Under the pieces are notes generated by a model. It saw nothing but the letters and a program-made list of their open reading frames with translations, was not told the origin of the DNA and did not search any database. The translations under genes and the position numbers were made by a program. Below, piece by piece: positions 33,727-43,767 of a stretch of DNA of 46,874 nucleotides. Positions within the stretch are counted from its first letter, which is position 1. The number at the start of each line of letters is the position of its first letter. Origin of the DNA: a phage; the sequence record PZ445467.1; one strand, written 5' to 3'.

Positions 33727-34212
33727 TTAGAAGGGTATTGAATCATCGAAGTCTATCGGATGCTCATTGCCTCCTTGTATGCTTTGTTGTTTTTGCTGTT
33801 GTTGTTGCTGTTGCGATTGTTGGCCTGATTGCTGTCGTGGTTGCTGCTGACTGGAATCATCACGTTTACCACCAAGCATCTGCATAACGCCGCCCACCTG
33901 TGGAATAACAATCTCAGTGGTGTATCGGTCTACGCCATTGCTGTCAGTCCACTTACGAGTGCGTAGCTGACCTTCGATATAAACCTGCGATCCTTTGCGA
34001 AGGTATTCTCCTGCAACTTCTGCAAGTTTCCCGAAGATGACAACGCGATGCCATTCAGTTTGCTCTTTCTTTTCTCCTGTTTGCTTGTCCTTCCACTGTT
34101 CAGATGTTGCAACAGAAAGATTGGCAATTGCAGAGCCTGATGCTGAATATTTAACTTCAGGGTCGTTGCCGAGAGTGCCGACAATAATTACTTTATTTAC
34201 GCCGCGTGCCAT
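33727..34212 (-). CDS. ssb: single-stranded DNA-binding protein
   Basis: 161 aa; OB-fold-like N-terminus, Gln/Gly-rich linker, C-terminal DFDDSIPF acidic tail. Confidence 0.9.
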   Translation of the reverse strand: MARGVNKVIIVGTLGNDPEVKYSASGSAIANLSVATSEQWKDKQTGEKKEQTEWHRVVIFGKLAEVAGEYLRKGSQVYIEGQLRTRKWTDSNGVDRYTTEIVIPQVGGVMQMLGGKRDDSSQQQPRQQSGQQSQQQQQQQKQQSIQGGNEHPIDFDDSIPF

Positions 34213-34215
34213 TTA

Positions 34216-35253
34216 TTAAAATCCTTCAATTGGAGTTGGTTTGTGTTCTGTTTTTTCTTCCTGCGGTTCTGGCTGCTGTGGTTGCGGTTTAGCCAGTTTT
34301 GCAGGATTGAAATTATCCTGCGGAGTTATTACCACAGGAGATAATTGCTCATCATTGATAAAAGACTCAATGCGATCATATTCAGCGGCAGAAGCAGCCA
34401 GAGAAGGCCAGATTGCGCGAATTTTATCTTTCAGGTTATCAGGTATTGATTTTGCTTCTTCCTTCAGGCCTTCCATGCCTTTTGCTGCAGAAAGCTGAAG
34501 TCTTGAGCGCCATGACTCAAACTCTTCGTCAACTTTAACGCCAGAGTCAACCCATTTGATGAGTCCGCGACCATGCGCCTCTCCAATATATCCATGGCGA
34601 ACACTTTCACGACCAGACTCAAAGAATATTGGGCGTAGTTCTTCTGGTAATTTTGTGAACTCCTGAATTTTTCCTCCATCGTGCATCATCATGCTCACGG
34701 TCATCTCGAACATGAAATCTTTCTCGCACACTGGTTGCAACCCAAGTGATACAGGTTCCTTCGGGTTTGCGAAATCAGTTTTCTGACGTGCGCGAAGGCA
34801 GACAATGATATGCATATTGCTTTGTAGCATGGCATTCATGAACTTCTTGTGTTCAGCTTTGGCGCGCTTCCAGTCAGCCATCTTTTTACCGTTAAGCAGC
34901 GGCTTTTCAGCAATCTCCGTGCAACTGCCTTCACCTTCCCATTCATGCGAACCTGAATCAATAACAAGAACCTTAACGCCGGCAGCCTGAAACTCTTCAA
35001 TGGCCTGACGGTAACGGGCCGGGCTGAATGGAGCATACATATCAGCGTGCAGGAATTTGCCATCAAGGATGTTTGAGTACAGGCGACCGCGACCGTTTTC
35101 AGTATCAAGGAATCCGATTTCTTCTGGTGAATCAACCATCCCGCGAGCCAGCTTAAGTGCGCTATATGTTTTGCCGCTACCTGACTGGCCTGAAATGCCG
35201 ATGACCACGCGAGAACCTGAACGCTCTGCTGGTTTAATATTGAGAATACCCAT
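34216..35253 (-). CDS. RecA-like/AAA ATPase (Sak4-like recombination protein, putative)
   Basis: Walker A GISGQSGSGKTY; ATG 35253 is 8 nt after GAGG; track ORF extends to 35271. Confidence 0.5.
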   Translation of the reverse strand: MGILNIKPAERSGSRVVIGISGQSGSGKTYSALKLARGMVDSPEEIGFLDTENGRGRLYSNILDGKFLHADMYAPFSPARYRQAIEEFQAAGVKVLVIDSGSHEWEGEGSCTEIAEKPLLNGKKMADWKRAKAEHKKFMNAMLQSNMHIIVCLRARQKTDFANPKEPVSLGLQPVCEKDFMFEMTVSMMMHDGGKIQEFTKLPEELRPIFFESGRESVRHGYIGEAHGRGLIKWVDSGVKVDEEFESWRSRLQLSAAKGMEGLKEEAKSIPDNLKDKIRAIWPSLAASAAEYDRIESFINDEQLSPVVITPQDNFNPAKLAKPQPQQPEPQEEKTEHKPTPIEGF

Positions 35254-35263
35254 TTGCATTACC

Positions 35264-35452
35264 TCACTCAAATTCTACAAAATCACCACCAACCATTTCG
35301 ACGATAATGAATCCAGATTCATCATCATATGTTGCCTGCCATATAGCTCCAGTTTCGTCGCTTATTTTAAAGGTACCACCAAAAAAGTCAGCGCTATACC
35401 ACTCATCTTCTTTAAATCTTTTGCTTGTTGAGCTTGCACAAAATAATTTCAT
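35264..35452 (-). CDS. hypothetical protein (62 aa)
   Basis: ATG 35452 preceded by GTGAGGTG. Confidence 0.4.
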   Translation of the reverse strand: MKLFCASSTSKRFKEDEWYSADFFGGTFKISDETGAIWQATYDDESGFIIVEMVGGDFVEFE

Positions 35453-35469
35453 TTGCATCACCTCACTAA

Positions 35470-36408
35470 TTATAAATTAAACTGTTTTTTGAACCATTCA
35501 GGCGTTTCCATTTCTATGACAGGATTACCCATTGAATAACCGGGCCACGAATTGGCTTTTTTGCACGCCTTGTAAATTTCCATAGCGCCATGCAACTGAA
35601 TTCGACCGATGCGTAATTGCTCTTCAGTCAAGCGAATTAACGCAGGAATAAATGGTGCTTTCTTTTCCTGAACGAGAAGATTAACAGAGCGTGGCGCATG
35701 ACCATATGCCGCAACAAACATGTCGTGCTGCATCGCCATTTTCATAAAGTACCCAAGTCTCGCAGCATGACGGAAAAACTCTTCTGGCTTGGCGCTCACC
35801 GCTGTTTTGTAGTCGATGATGTCGCCACCTTTGGTAAGGCAGTCAAAGCGAACTTTTGCCTTCTCTCCGTTAAGTTCACCTAGAATTGACACTTCAGCAT
35901 AAGCACCAGCGAGAAGACTGCTGTAATAGCTGTTTGCGTGGATTACAGCACGCATTTGCTGAATAGCGTCATAATCACCACCTTCCAGCATTTGCTTTCC
36001 TACAGCAGCTTTTTCAGCCTCTTCACGGATGACATCGTAAATTTTCACTGGCTCGCCAGTCGCCTGGATGATTTTGATCACCTCAGCTTTCGACTTTCCT
36101 GAAAGTCCTTTGATGCCTCGTTCTTTTGCCCATGAGTTCATATCACTTACAGTAACAAGCAGGTCATCACCAAAATCTTCTTTGGTTGGCATTCGTGCAT
36201 ATTCAGCATCAAAACGCTCTGGTTCAAGCAACGCAGTATGGCTACCTGTACCGAATATAAGAGCTTTTGATTGCTCATCCTCTTCGTCTTTGTATCGCCA
36301 TGCTGCTGGGCATCTGTCAAGTATATTCCATAATCCAGAGCCATTAATATGCTCTGTGTCTGCGTGGTAATCTTCATTACTGAGTTCATTATTGAAATAG
36401 ACTTTCAT
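35470..36408 (-). CDS. PD-(D/E)xK family nuclease (DUF3799/Cas4-like, putative exonuclease)
   Basis: GTGSHTALLEP and DIIDYKT segments consistent with PD-(D/E)xK nucleases; GGAGAG SD. Confidence 0.5.
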   Translation of the reverse strand: MKVYFNNELSNEDYHADTEHINGSGLWNILDRCPAAWRYKDEEDEQSKALIFGTGSHTALLEPERFDAEYARMPTKEDFGDDLLVTVSDMNSWAKERGIKGLSGKSKAEVIKIIQATGEPVKIYDVIREEAEKAAVGKQMLEGGDYDAIQQMRAVIHANSYYSSLLAGAYAEVSILGELNGEKAKVRFDCLTKGGDIIDYKTAVSAKPEEFFRHAARLGYFMKMAMQHDMFVAAYGHAPRSVNLLVQEKKAPFIPALIRLTEEQLRIGRIQLHGAMEIYKACKKANSWPGYSMGNPVIEMETPEWFKKQFNL

Positions 36409-36410
36409 CA

Positions 36411-37037
36411 TCACTCTCCGTGGTTACAGAATTCTTTATGCATCTTTTCTCTAAACTTCATGACAGCAACTCTTGCTTTATCAATATCATGAAATAATCC
36501 AATGTGGTATTTAATACCATTAACCGTACATCTGGCATGCCATTTTTTGCATTGTTTGTTCCAGTAAACACCTTTCACTCCAGATGTATTATTTTTTTGC
36601 TTTTTACGATTAAACTGATTCTGTTCATTGCTTGCTATTCTTAAGTTATCAATCCTGTTGTCATCTCTAATGCCATTAATGTGATCAATATTATCTTCTT
36701 GCCAATAACCATAACAAATCAACCACGCGAGTATGTGAGCATAATACCTATTATTATTTATGCTTATTTCTATGTAACCGTTATCTTTTTTGCAGCCCGC
36801 CAAATCTCCATTGTTTACGCAACCAACAGTCTTGTTCCATGCAAACAAACCAGTTACCAGATTGTAAGTTAAGTTATCTAAAACAACATTACGAGGTATT
36901 CTTTTTCTTCCACCTATGGTGTTTGACCCTGCATTTCCCTGAGCAAAATCTTGCTTTTGCAGTTCCGATAAACTCATTTCCGCAAACCTCGCACTTCTTA
37001 ACGGTGATAGCCATTTCTTAACCTCTATTGTAATCAT
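36411..37037 (-). CDS. HNH homing endonuclease with C-terminal AP2 DNA-binding domain
   Basis: HNH_3 pattern YYAHILAWL...DHINGIRDDNRIDNLR; AP2-like GVKGVYWNKQCKKWHARCTVNGIKYHIGLF. Confidence 0.8.
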   Translation of the reverse strand: MITIEVKKWLSPLRSARFAEMSLSELQKQDFAQGNAGSNTIGGRKRIPRNVVLDNLTYNLVTGLFAWNKTVGCVNNGDLAGCKKDNGYIEISINNNRYYAHILAWLICYGYWQEDNIDHINGIRDDNRIDNLRIASNEQNQFNRKKQKNNTSGVKGVYWNKQCKKWHARCTVNGIKYHIGLFHDIDKARVAVMKFREKMHKEFCNHGE

Positions 37038-37082
37038 TTACCGTTACATTGCAAGTAACTTTTATTTGTTACTAACAATACA

Positions 37083-37430
37083 TCAATCTACATCATTCAG
37101 CAAGCCAAAATAGAAAAGTGTGGCTCTTTTTAGTTCATCAAGACCGTAAGCAATGGCGGCATAATGACCAAGTCTGCACATCTCAGTTAACACAGCCGAT
37201 TGCTCCTTGCTCACTCTGCTTTTGCTTTTATCGCGGCGCTTTGACTCAATCATCCCGCAACTGTGATTCGCACCCGGCGTCATTATCACGTTGTCGCCTA
37301 TTCCAGGCTTAACCCCCATCTTCTGGCGCTTCAGTACGAACTGGACGCGGCTGGATGTTCCTGTTTCATTCGGGACGTGAAACCATAGCACATCAGGGAA
37401 ACAGTGTTGCATCCATGTTCCATAACCCAT
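37083..37430 (-). CDS. VRR-NUC domain nuclease
   Basis: HVPNE...GVKPGIGDNVIM...ESKRRD pattern; ATG 37430 after GAGGAG (track ORF has TTG at 37523). Confidence 0.5.
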   Translation of the reverse strand: MGYGTWMQHCFPDVLWFHVPNETGTSSRVQFVLKRQKMGVKPGIGDNVIMTPGANHSCGMIESKRRDKSKSRVSKEQSAVLTEMCRLGHYAAIAYGLDELKRATLFYFGLLNDVD

Positions 37431-37494
37431 CTGGTCAGTCTCCTCTTTTGGGCATTCGCCGCGATAACCGCTATCAAATACCCATATACCGCTA

Positions 37495-39432
37495 TCAAGC
37501 TGCTTCACTTTGTTCTCCTGCAAAATCTTTTCTATGGATTATGTCGCGACCTTTATCATTAATGCGATGAGTGATGCGTTTTGGCGCTTTAATCAATCCA
37601 GCATACATCATGAACTGCTTAGCATTCTGGCATTTCAGGATTTTCCCCGCCATTGACTTATCATCAAGGTGAGGAAAAATAGCCTTTGCCTTGAACATGT
37701 TTTTCATGTGAGTCGCACCGCCATATGGGTAGAAAACTTCGTTAGCCCAGCCTTCTTTGCCATCACAACGATTAATCCAGTAGCGATACAAAATACCTTC
37801 TCCATCCTTTGTTAGCTGGACTTTGAAATCAATAACATCAGCCCACTCATTATCGGTATACGCACGCTCATTCAGTGCCGCATTCGGGTCGCGCAACACG
37901 TGATCGCAATGCCGGCAATAGCGCGCCGTTGGGTCGTTTTTAGTGCCGCATCCATCATCAAAAATCCGTATTCCGTGCTTATCAAAACCGCAACGAATAT
38001 AACTGAAAAACTCCTCGCAGCGACCATCTGGCGACAATGCATCTTTGCCAATGCATCGACGCGCATATGGGCTGTTCATTGTTCCACATGTATGACACGG
38101 AACTTGTTCGCCACTGCGTTTTGAACGTTGCGCTTCAGCTTCTTCCAGAATTGGGTCTTCATATAGCTGACCAAGCTCAAACATCGTGCCTGAGAAATCA
38201 AGAACCAGATGGTTTTCTTTATGATACCCGGCGTCAATTTGGTCTTTCTTCAGCAGTCGCATTCCGCGACCAAGCAACTGAACAAGAAGGGTGAGCGACA
38301 TTATTTTTCGCAATATAACGCTTGTATCCCATAGCGGGATGTTTACGCCGGTCGTCAAGCAACCAATTTGGAAAACATATTTAATCTTGCCAGTGTATGC
38401 ATCCTTTAATGCCTTGCGTCTGGCTTTCTGTCCCATATCTTCGGTGACGATCGCATAACTTCCTTCAGGTAGGTATTTTGCCGCCTCCTGACAGTGCTTC
38501 TTGCCAGCGCATGTAATCAATACGCCGTTTCTGTTTTTTGTCAGCTCCATAACCTTGAGCATGATTTTCTGCGTGAGTGTTCCTTGCTCAAGGATTTCTT
38601 TCTGCATCTGCTTGAGTTGCTCGGTGGTAAATTCCTGAACTCCATCACTTCCTGACGCCTCAAATGCTGACAGGTCGTAATGCAGATCATCAATATCATG
38701 AAGACCAAAAATTGTAGGGACAAGAAAGCCATTATCAACAAGGTATTTGGTATCAATATTTATTATTTCATGCTTCCAGTAAGAACCCTTAATTGACTCA
38801 GTTCCACGAAATGGGCTGCCAGTGTAGCCAATAACAATGACATCGTGTCCGTATTTAGCTTTGCACCTACGGTTAAATTCGGTCATTATTACGCCGTACT
38901 GTGTGTCTGAATCTTCTCCAACAATATCCTCCCAGTTCACTTGATGGCACTCATCAACCAAAATATATCGTGGGCAAAAGTCTGAAAGTGCACACTTTGA
39001 GATAACATTGCCTGATTCATCCTTTATGTCGAAAAGTGAGTTTTTTATTGTTCTCTCCGTCCCAGCAATAAGCGGGTATGCCGTTGACTTTCTGCCAAGA
39101 GACGCGCTGAAAAGTGAGTTTTTAACACTCAGATTCCATAGCTCTTCCGCATCCTGCTCAATAATTTCCCCCTGTCTGGCAATAACAAGGCCTTCCCACC
39201 CCATATCCTGAAAGCGTCGCGCAATCATGGCAATCATAATGGTCTTTCCAGCACCTACAGATGCCGTCACAAAACTTGGCTTAGGGTCTTTGCCAAACTT
39301 GCGGATAACTTCAGCCGTCTTTTCATAAACCAGCCACTGATATGGTCGCGGCTCAATCTCACCCGTATGAACAACTGACCGCAATTTGTCTATATCCAAT
39401 TCAGCAATCATTGCGTCTATTTTATGCGTCAT
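37495..39432 (-). CDS. DExH-box superfamily II helicase (645 aa)
   Basis: Walker A ASVGAGKT; DECH box (VDECHQV); Cys-rich C-terminal region. Confidence 0.7.
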   Translation of the reverse strand: MTHKIDAMIAELDIDKLRSVVHTGEIEPRPYQWLVYEKTAEVIRKFGKDPKPSFVTASVGAGKTIMIAMIARRFQDMGWEGLVIARQGEIIEQDAEELWNLSVKNSLFSASLGRKSTAYPLIAGTERTIKNSLFDIKDESGNVISKCALSDFCPRYILVDECHQVNWEDIVGEDSDTQYGVIMTEFNRRCKAKYGHDVIVIGYTGSPFRGTESIKGSYWKHEIINIDTKYLVDNGFLVPTIFGLHDIDDLHYDLSAFEASGSDGVQEFTTEQLKQMQKEILEQGTLTQKIMLKVMELTKNRNGVLITCAGKKHCQEAAKYLPEGSYAIVTEDMGQKARRKALKDAYTGKIKYVFQIGCLTTGVNIPLWDTSVILRKIMSLTLLVQLLGRGMRLLKKDQIDAGYHKENHLVLDFSGTMFELGQLYEDPILEEAEAQRSKRSGEQVPCHTCGTMNSPYARRCIGKDALSPDGRCEEFFSYIRCGFDKHGIRIFDDGCGTKNDPTARYCRHCDHVLRDPNAALNERAYTDNEWADVIDFKVQLTKDGEGILYRYWINRCDGKEGWANEVFYPYGGATHMKNMFKAKAIFPHLDDKSMAGKILKCQNAKQFMMYAGLIKAPKRITHRINDKGRDIIHRKDFAGEQSEAA

Positions 39433-39507
39433 AGCTACTAACCTTTGTTGATGTTTCTACGTCAGTTAGCTTATACTCAATCTACACCAACAATCAAGGG
39501 TCAATTT
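39433..39507. promoter_or_regulatory. divergent promoter region (helicase leftward, primase rightward) with two ATCTAC motif copies
   Basis: TTGATG 39448-39453, TATACT 39472-39477; motifs 39453-39465 and 39478-39491. Confidence 0.5.
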
Positions 39508-40461
39508 ATGAGATATGACTGGAAGGAAATCGAGCCAAAAATGATCGGCAACTGGCAGGCTGCCATCATGTCTATCGTCAATGTGGATAGCAGAGTTTTC
39601 AATGGCAAGCACCAGCCATGCCCTCATTGCATGGGGGTTGACCGGTTCCGTTGGGATAATCACTTCGAAACAAAAGGCGATGGCGGCGCAATCTGCAATC
39701 AGTGCGGTTCCGGCAGCGGCATGAATTGGCTGATGAAACTCTCCGGAATGAGCTTTCCTGAAGCACTGGAGGCGCTTGGTGGATTCCTGAACATGCACCC
39801 GCGTGAAAAGCTGGAGGCAATCAGGAAAGAGCTACCGAAGATAAATCACAGCGATGACTTCATCACCGAGCAGGAAGTCGCAGCAATCATGGCTAAAACG
39901 ACTCGTGTCGCGATGAATGAGTGGACTTTGATAAATGGTATTGGTTGCGACGTTAACGTCACCAGAGGCAAATCTGGAGAACTTATTGCGGTTGAGATGA
40001 TGCGAGCTGACACAATGAAACTGTGCAACGTGGCATTCATTGGCATGGATGGTGATTCAATCAGAACGTTTTTCCGCGCAGGATACAACAAGGACTCAGC
40101 CATCAACGGCAAACTCACGCGCGGCGCGATAAGCCCAATCGGAGAAGACAACGGGAAGTTCATTTACCTGGTATCTGATTATGCCGATGCGTGGAAGTGC
40201 CATTACTTCACTGGCGCGCATGTCTGGTGCTGCTGGTCGCCGGAAAACATGTGGGAAGTAATGCGCTCTGTTAGCGATGAAACGAAGGCGAGGTTGCGCT
40301 GCATAGTTAATTATAAATTCGACGAACTGTGTGCAGCAGAAAACGCAGGGATTCCGGTGATGCTTCCTGATGATGCCGACACTATCAGGATGGCAAAGAG
40401 AATCAGGAGAAAGATTTATGACGCTGGCGAGTTGATAGAGAAAATGTCAGTTAGAAGATAA
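39508..40461 (+). CDS. putative DNA primase / Zn-ribbon replication protein (317 aa)
   Basis: CPHCMG...CNQCG zinc-binding pattern near N-terminus; AAGGG SD; divergent from helicase. Confidence 0.45.
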   Translation: MRYDWKEIEPKMIGNWQAAIMSIVNVDSRVFNGKHQPCPHCMGVDRFRWDNHFETKGDGGAICNQCGSGSGMNWLMKLSGMSFPEALEALGGFLNMHPREKLEAIRKELPKINHSDDFITEQEVAAIMAKTTRVAMNEWTLINGIGCDVNVTRGKSGELIAVEMMRADTMKLCNVAFIGMDGDSIRTFFRAGYNKDSAINGKLTRGAISPIGEDNGKFIYLVSDYADAWKCHYFTGAHVWCCWSPENMWEVMRSVSDETKARLRCIVNYKFDELCAAENAGIPVMLPDDADTIRMAKRIRRKIYDAGELIEKMSVRR

Positions 40462-40490
40462 AAGAAACCCTCCGACTGGAGGGTTTTTGT
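40462..40490. terminator. bidirectional rho-independent terminator
   Basis: 9-bp stem AAACCCTCC/GGAGGGTTT with GACT loop, followed by TTTTT. Confidence 0.7.
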
Positions 40491-40795
40491 TATGCTTTGA
40501 TGTTAACTTTTATTGCGAACACTTCCACCGGGTCAGGACCGAAATGTGGGTGGGTGATGGTCTTAACCGTCCATCCATCGTATGGGATATCAATACGCCT
40601 GGATTTATCGTCCTTCTTTGGATATCCTTTTGTGATAATTAACCTTTCGTACTTCCTTCCAATCTGTCCGCTATCTTTAAAGTTAATAAGGCGCTTCTTC
40701 CAGTAGTCATTAAAAAGGCGATACTCTTCCGTTTTATCTCCGCGAATCATGGCATCGAAGTATTCACCTTTGACGGCAAGTTGCAGGTTAGCCAT
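40490..40795 (-). CDS. ASCH/PUA-like domain protein (putative)
   Basis: 101 aa from ATG 40795; GEYFDAMIRGDKTEEYR resembles ASCH N-terminal motif. Confidence 0.4.
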   Translation of the reverse strand: MANLQLAVKGEYFDAMIRGDKTEEYRLFNDYWKKRLINFKDSGQIGRKYERLIITKGYPKKDDKSRRIDIPYDGWTVKTITHPHFGPDPVEVFAIKVNIKA

Positions 40796-41051
40796 TATTT
40801 CCCTCCAGAATCCAAACTGAATTACCAATACGACTGTTATTTAAATCCTTTGACACGCGGCCATCCTTACAAAGAGAAATCAGAACCTTCCGTAACTTCG
40901 CTGCTGTCCATTCATCATCAGGAAATTCATTCACCATTGATAGACGCAAACTCCACGTAGCCACTGAGAACTTACGAAAAATTCCAAGTTTCTCCTCCTC
41001 AATGGATTTTCTCTTTCTCATCACATATAAAACCTTATCCTTCACATCCAT
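40788..41051 (-). CDS. hypothetical protein (87 aa)
   Basis: ATG with AAGGAA/GAGGG upstream. Confidence 0.45.
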   Translation of the reverse strand: MDVKDKVLYVMRKRKSIEEEKLGIFRKFSVATWSLRLSMVNEFPDDEWTAAKLRKVLISLCKDGRVSKDLNNSRIGNSVWILEGNNG

Positions 41052-41061
41052 TTCCTTACCC

Positions 41062-41253
41062 TCACTTAATCATCATCTTTGAAATATCAACGTGACCAAC
41101 ACAAAATCTGTGCCAGTAATCATCAAGCATGTGGTAATTAGAGCGAATCCATACTTTGTTAATCCGGCTCCAGAAAAACCACGTCGAATAACCATGCGGC
41201 CTGAAATGCCATAAACCTTCTGAGCGACAAATTTCGCCTGATATTGTTCTCAT
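41062..41253 (-). CDS. hypothetical protein (63 aa)
   Basis: ATGA overlap with upstream gene stop. Confidence 0.4.
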   Translation of the reverse strand: MRTISGEICRSEGLWHFRPHGYSTWFFWSRINKVWIRSNYHMLDDYWHRFCVGHVDISKMMIK

Positions 41254-42806
41254 TTCAACCTCGGATTTATGTGAACAGTATTCCCGATAAATACGCAGTA
41301 ACCATCCTCTTCAAGTGATGGCAATACACTTGACCTGAGTCGGTCATAAATTTTAGGTATCCCTTTGAATGGTCGTACGTTTTTAAGTGAATCATAAAGC
41401 CACTTCACCGTTACGTTTGTTTTTCCTTTCTGAGCGGCAGAGCGTAGCTTTTCGGCAACAACATCAAATTCAGAACGCTCACCAGCATATCCATTTGATT
41501 CCACGGCGTCGGTGAATGTTTTTGTTAGTGCGTCATAAACACTGATGGCGCGACTAATTTCATTTTCACCGATAATCTTTGATTGCTTTCCTCCATCACA
41601 CCAGTTTTCAGCAGCGTGAAATATTGCTGCCAGACGTATTATTTGCTTATCAGCTTTACCCATCGCGCCACGAAGAAGGACGTGATCCCACTTACCGCCG
41701 GGAAGGAAGTTTTTCTCCCACTGATTTCGTAACAGGCCAATCATTCTTGCTGAGTCATTGTGAAGCGTCAGTTTTGTTTTTTCTGCTGACACAACATTAT
41801 GTATAAATCTTGCATATTCCGACCTCAAGCTATCTGGCATTGGCTTGCTTACAGGGCAATCATTAACCATGTCCCAGTGTTCGCGATAGCCAAGCATTGA
41901 TTGCTCTCGCAACATCAGGAAACGTTCAGAAAGACCGTTCCCCCTGTCGCCAGCGGCAAGAATGGCATCAATACTTTCATCCTGCGCAATCACACTTATG
42001 TTTCCAAGCACGTAACCAGATGAAACGCCACGACCAACACGAGCAGAACCAATGAATCCGCCATCCCAGCCCTTCAGGATGACTTCGGCGTTTGCCTTTC
42101 CACCTTCTTTTCCGTAAGAGAGGCCAAGACATGTGTTAAGGACGCTTGCCTCGTCACTTATCAGATTAAAAAAACCACCTTCATGAATGGCCTGATGCTG
42201 GACAGCCTCCGGAGTTGCGTCCGTCAGTGGATATGTGATCGTATAAAGCTCCTCCAGCTTCTCCTTTTCGCGAGCAATATCATCGCCGATTAGTGCCTTT
42301 GCATTCTGATTACTGGCCTCTTTGTATGCCTTCATCAACTCTTCAATGCGAAGATTTATTTTTATGATCTGCTTTTCCATCTTTTTGGAAAGGTTGTCAT
42401 ATTCAATCTTCACCGGATTCATGTGCATTGAGTTGATGGCAGTTTTCCCTGCTGATGGAGGCTGAGAAGTAACCACGTAAAGAGAAACTGGAAGCTCTGA
42501 ATGGTAATACTCAACGCTAAAGTTTCTCGTCATTGCGCTGGCAACGCACCCAAGTAAATGCATGAACGATGTATTTATTGGGAACTGAACAGCACGAGCT
42601 GCAGCGATTGCATAACGAGACAGCAAATCTGTTCTGTGCTCACTGGTCAGTTCTGTTTCTGAGTACGTTACATCACGCTCCTTACCTTCCTTGATATCCA
42701 GCCACATATTTGAGCTTGGTGTCATGCCATGATGGAAGGCGACGCGAGCAGGAGATACTTTCAATTCCCTTGCTTCGTTGAAGATATCTTGAGCTGTGAT
42801 CATCAT
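41250..42806 (-). CDS. replication-associated protein (518 aa; possible P-loop NTPase)
   Basis: large ORF heading the leftward replication module next to the origin-like region; SAGKT P-loop-like segment. Confidence 0.45.
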   Translation of the reverse strand: MMITAQDIFNEARELKVSPARVAFHHGMTPSSNMWLDIKEGKERDVTYSETELTSEHRTDLLSRYAIAAARAVQFPINTSFMHLLGCVASAMTRNFSVEYYHSELPVSLYVVTSQPPSAGKTAINSMHMNPVKIEYDNLSKKMEKQIIKINLRIEELMKAYKEASNQNAKALIGDDIAREKEKLEELYTITYPLTDATPEAVQHQAIHEGGFFNLISDEASVLNTCLGLSYGKEGGKANAEVILKGWDGGFIGSARVGRGVSSGYVLGNISVIAQDESIDAILAAGDRGNGLSERFLMLREQSMLGYREHWDMVNDCPVSKPMPDSLRSEYARFIHNVVSAEKTKLTLHNDSARMIGLLRNQWEKNFLPGGKWDHVLLRGAMGKADKQIIRLAAIFHAAENWCDGGKQSKIIGENEISRAISVYDALTKTFTDAVESNGYAGERSEFDVVAEKLRSAAQKGKTNVTVKWLYDSLKNVRPFKGIPKIYDRLRSSVLPSLEEDGYCVFIGNTVHINPRLK

Positions 42807-43042
42807 GAAATCCTTTTTACGTAAACCATATCTTTGTCAGGGTATCCAACCTTTGTTGAGAATTTCATGCCTTCATTCCTGCGCATGAAATAGTTTAATG
42901 CGTTCCTCAGGCTTGCAATACCTCCAAACCTCTTCGAGTCAATCATCACAGTCTCCCCTACTGAAACCGCCGACAACCCAGAAAGAGCTGCATTCTTTTT
43001 GCCATACTTATCAAGTTTCACAAAATCCTCCAACAGCAACAA
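42803..43042 (-). CDS. hypothetical protein (79 aa, TTG start)
   Basis: track ORF; no ATG near start and no SD; stop overlaps downstream start. Confidence 0.3.
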   Translation of the reverse strand: MLLLEDFVKLDKYGKKNAALSGLSAVSVGETVMIDSKRFGGIASLRNALNYFMRRNEGMKFSTKVGYPDKDMVYVKRIS

Positions 43043-43486
43043 ATTATGATTGAATCATATCATAAGTATTGAATCATGCAACATCAAATACGACTCACGT
43101 GGGTAACGTGGGGCAGCCGTGGGGAACATCACCTTCCCCACGAACTTTTACTCTAAGTATATGTAATATAATATAATTATTATTATTTGGGTTAATGGGT
43201 AATATTATTATTCATATTATAGATAGTAATTAACATAATATTAACAAATGGATTATTTGAATATATTTATAAGGGGATGGGTATGAAATCTGCCCCTTTT
43301 TACCCACGAAAAATAAAAACATTCAAATCAATAATTTACGATGAAAAACGTGGGGCAACCAACCTTCCCCACGACCTGCCCCACGAGCAAAAATTTACCC
43401 CACGGGCACGTTTTTAACGCATCCCTGTTGACGTAGAATCATCGTTGATGTAGATTGAACTCATCGAAACAAACGAGGGTGAAGAG
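43043..43486. promoter_or_regulatory. origin-like region: two clusters of CGTGGGG/CCCCACG heptamers flanking a ~155-bp AT-rich tract, plus divergent promoters
   Basis: heptamer copies between 43098-43142 and 43301-43407; AT-rich 43145-43300; TTGACG 43428-43433 and TAGATT 43451-43456; inverted motif copies 43429-43439, 43446-43457. Confidence 0.5.
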
Positions 43487-43672
43487 ATGAACAAAGAAAG
43501 CACGTACAGCATCGACCAGATGAAGTTGTTCAGCGATATATGCATGGCATTGTCACAACAGGTTCCAAGTCTACCTGCTGATATGCGCTCAAATGCCATC
43601 ATTGATGCGGCAAACATGATTTGTGAGGCATATGCTATGACTGAAGATGAATATAAGGCATCGAAGAAATGA
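43487..43672 (+). CDS. hypothetical protein (61 aa)
   Basis: ATG after GAGGGTGA. Confidence 0.5.
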   Translation: MNKESTYSIDQMKLFSDICMALSQQVPSLPADMRSNAIIDAANMICEAYAMTEDEYKASKK

Positions 43673-43764
43673 CAGGCGCATCATTCGAGCTTATCTCCAG
43701 TCTGGTTATCGTGGCATTCATCATTATCGCAGTGGCGGTTTCTAAATCAGGGTATAAGGAGTAA
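43669..43764 (+). CDS. small membrane peptide (31 aa)
   Basis: ATGA overlap; MTGASFELISSLVIVAFIIIAVAVSKSGYKE. Confidence 0.3.
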   Translation: MTGASFELISSLVIVAFIIIAVAVSKSGYKE

Positions 43765-43767
43765 CAA

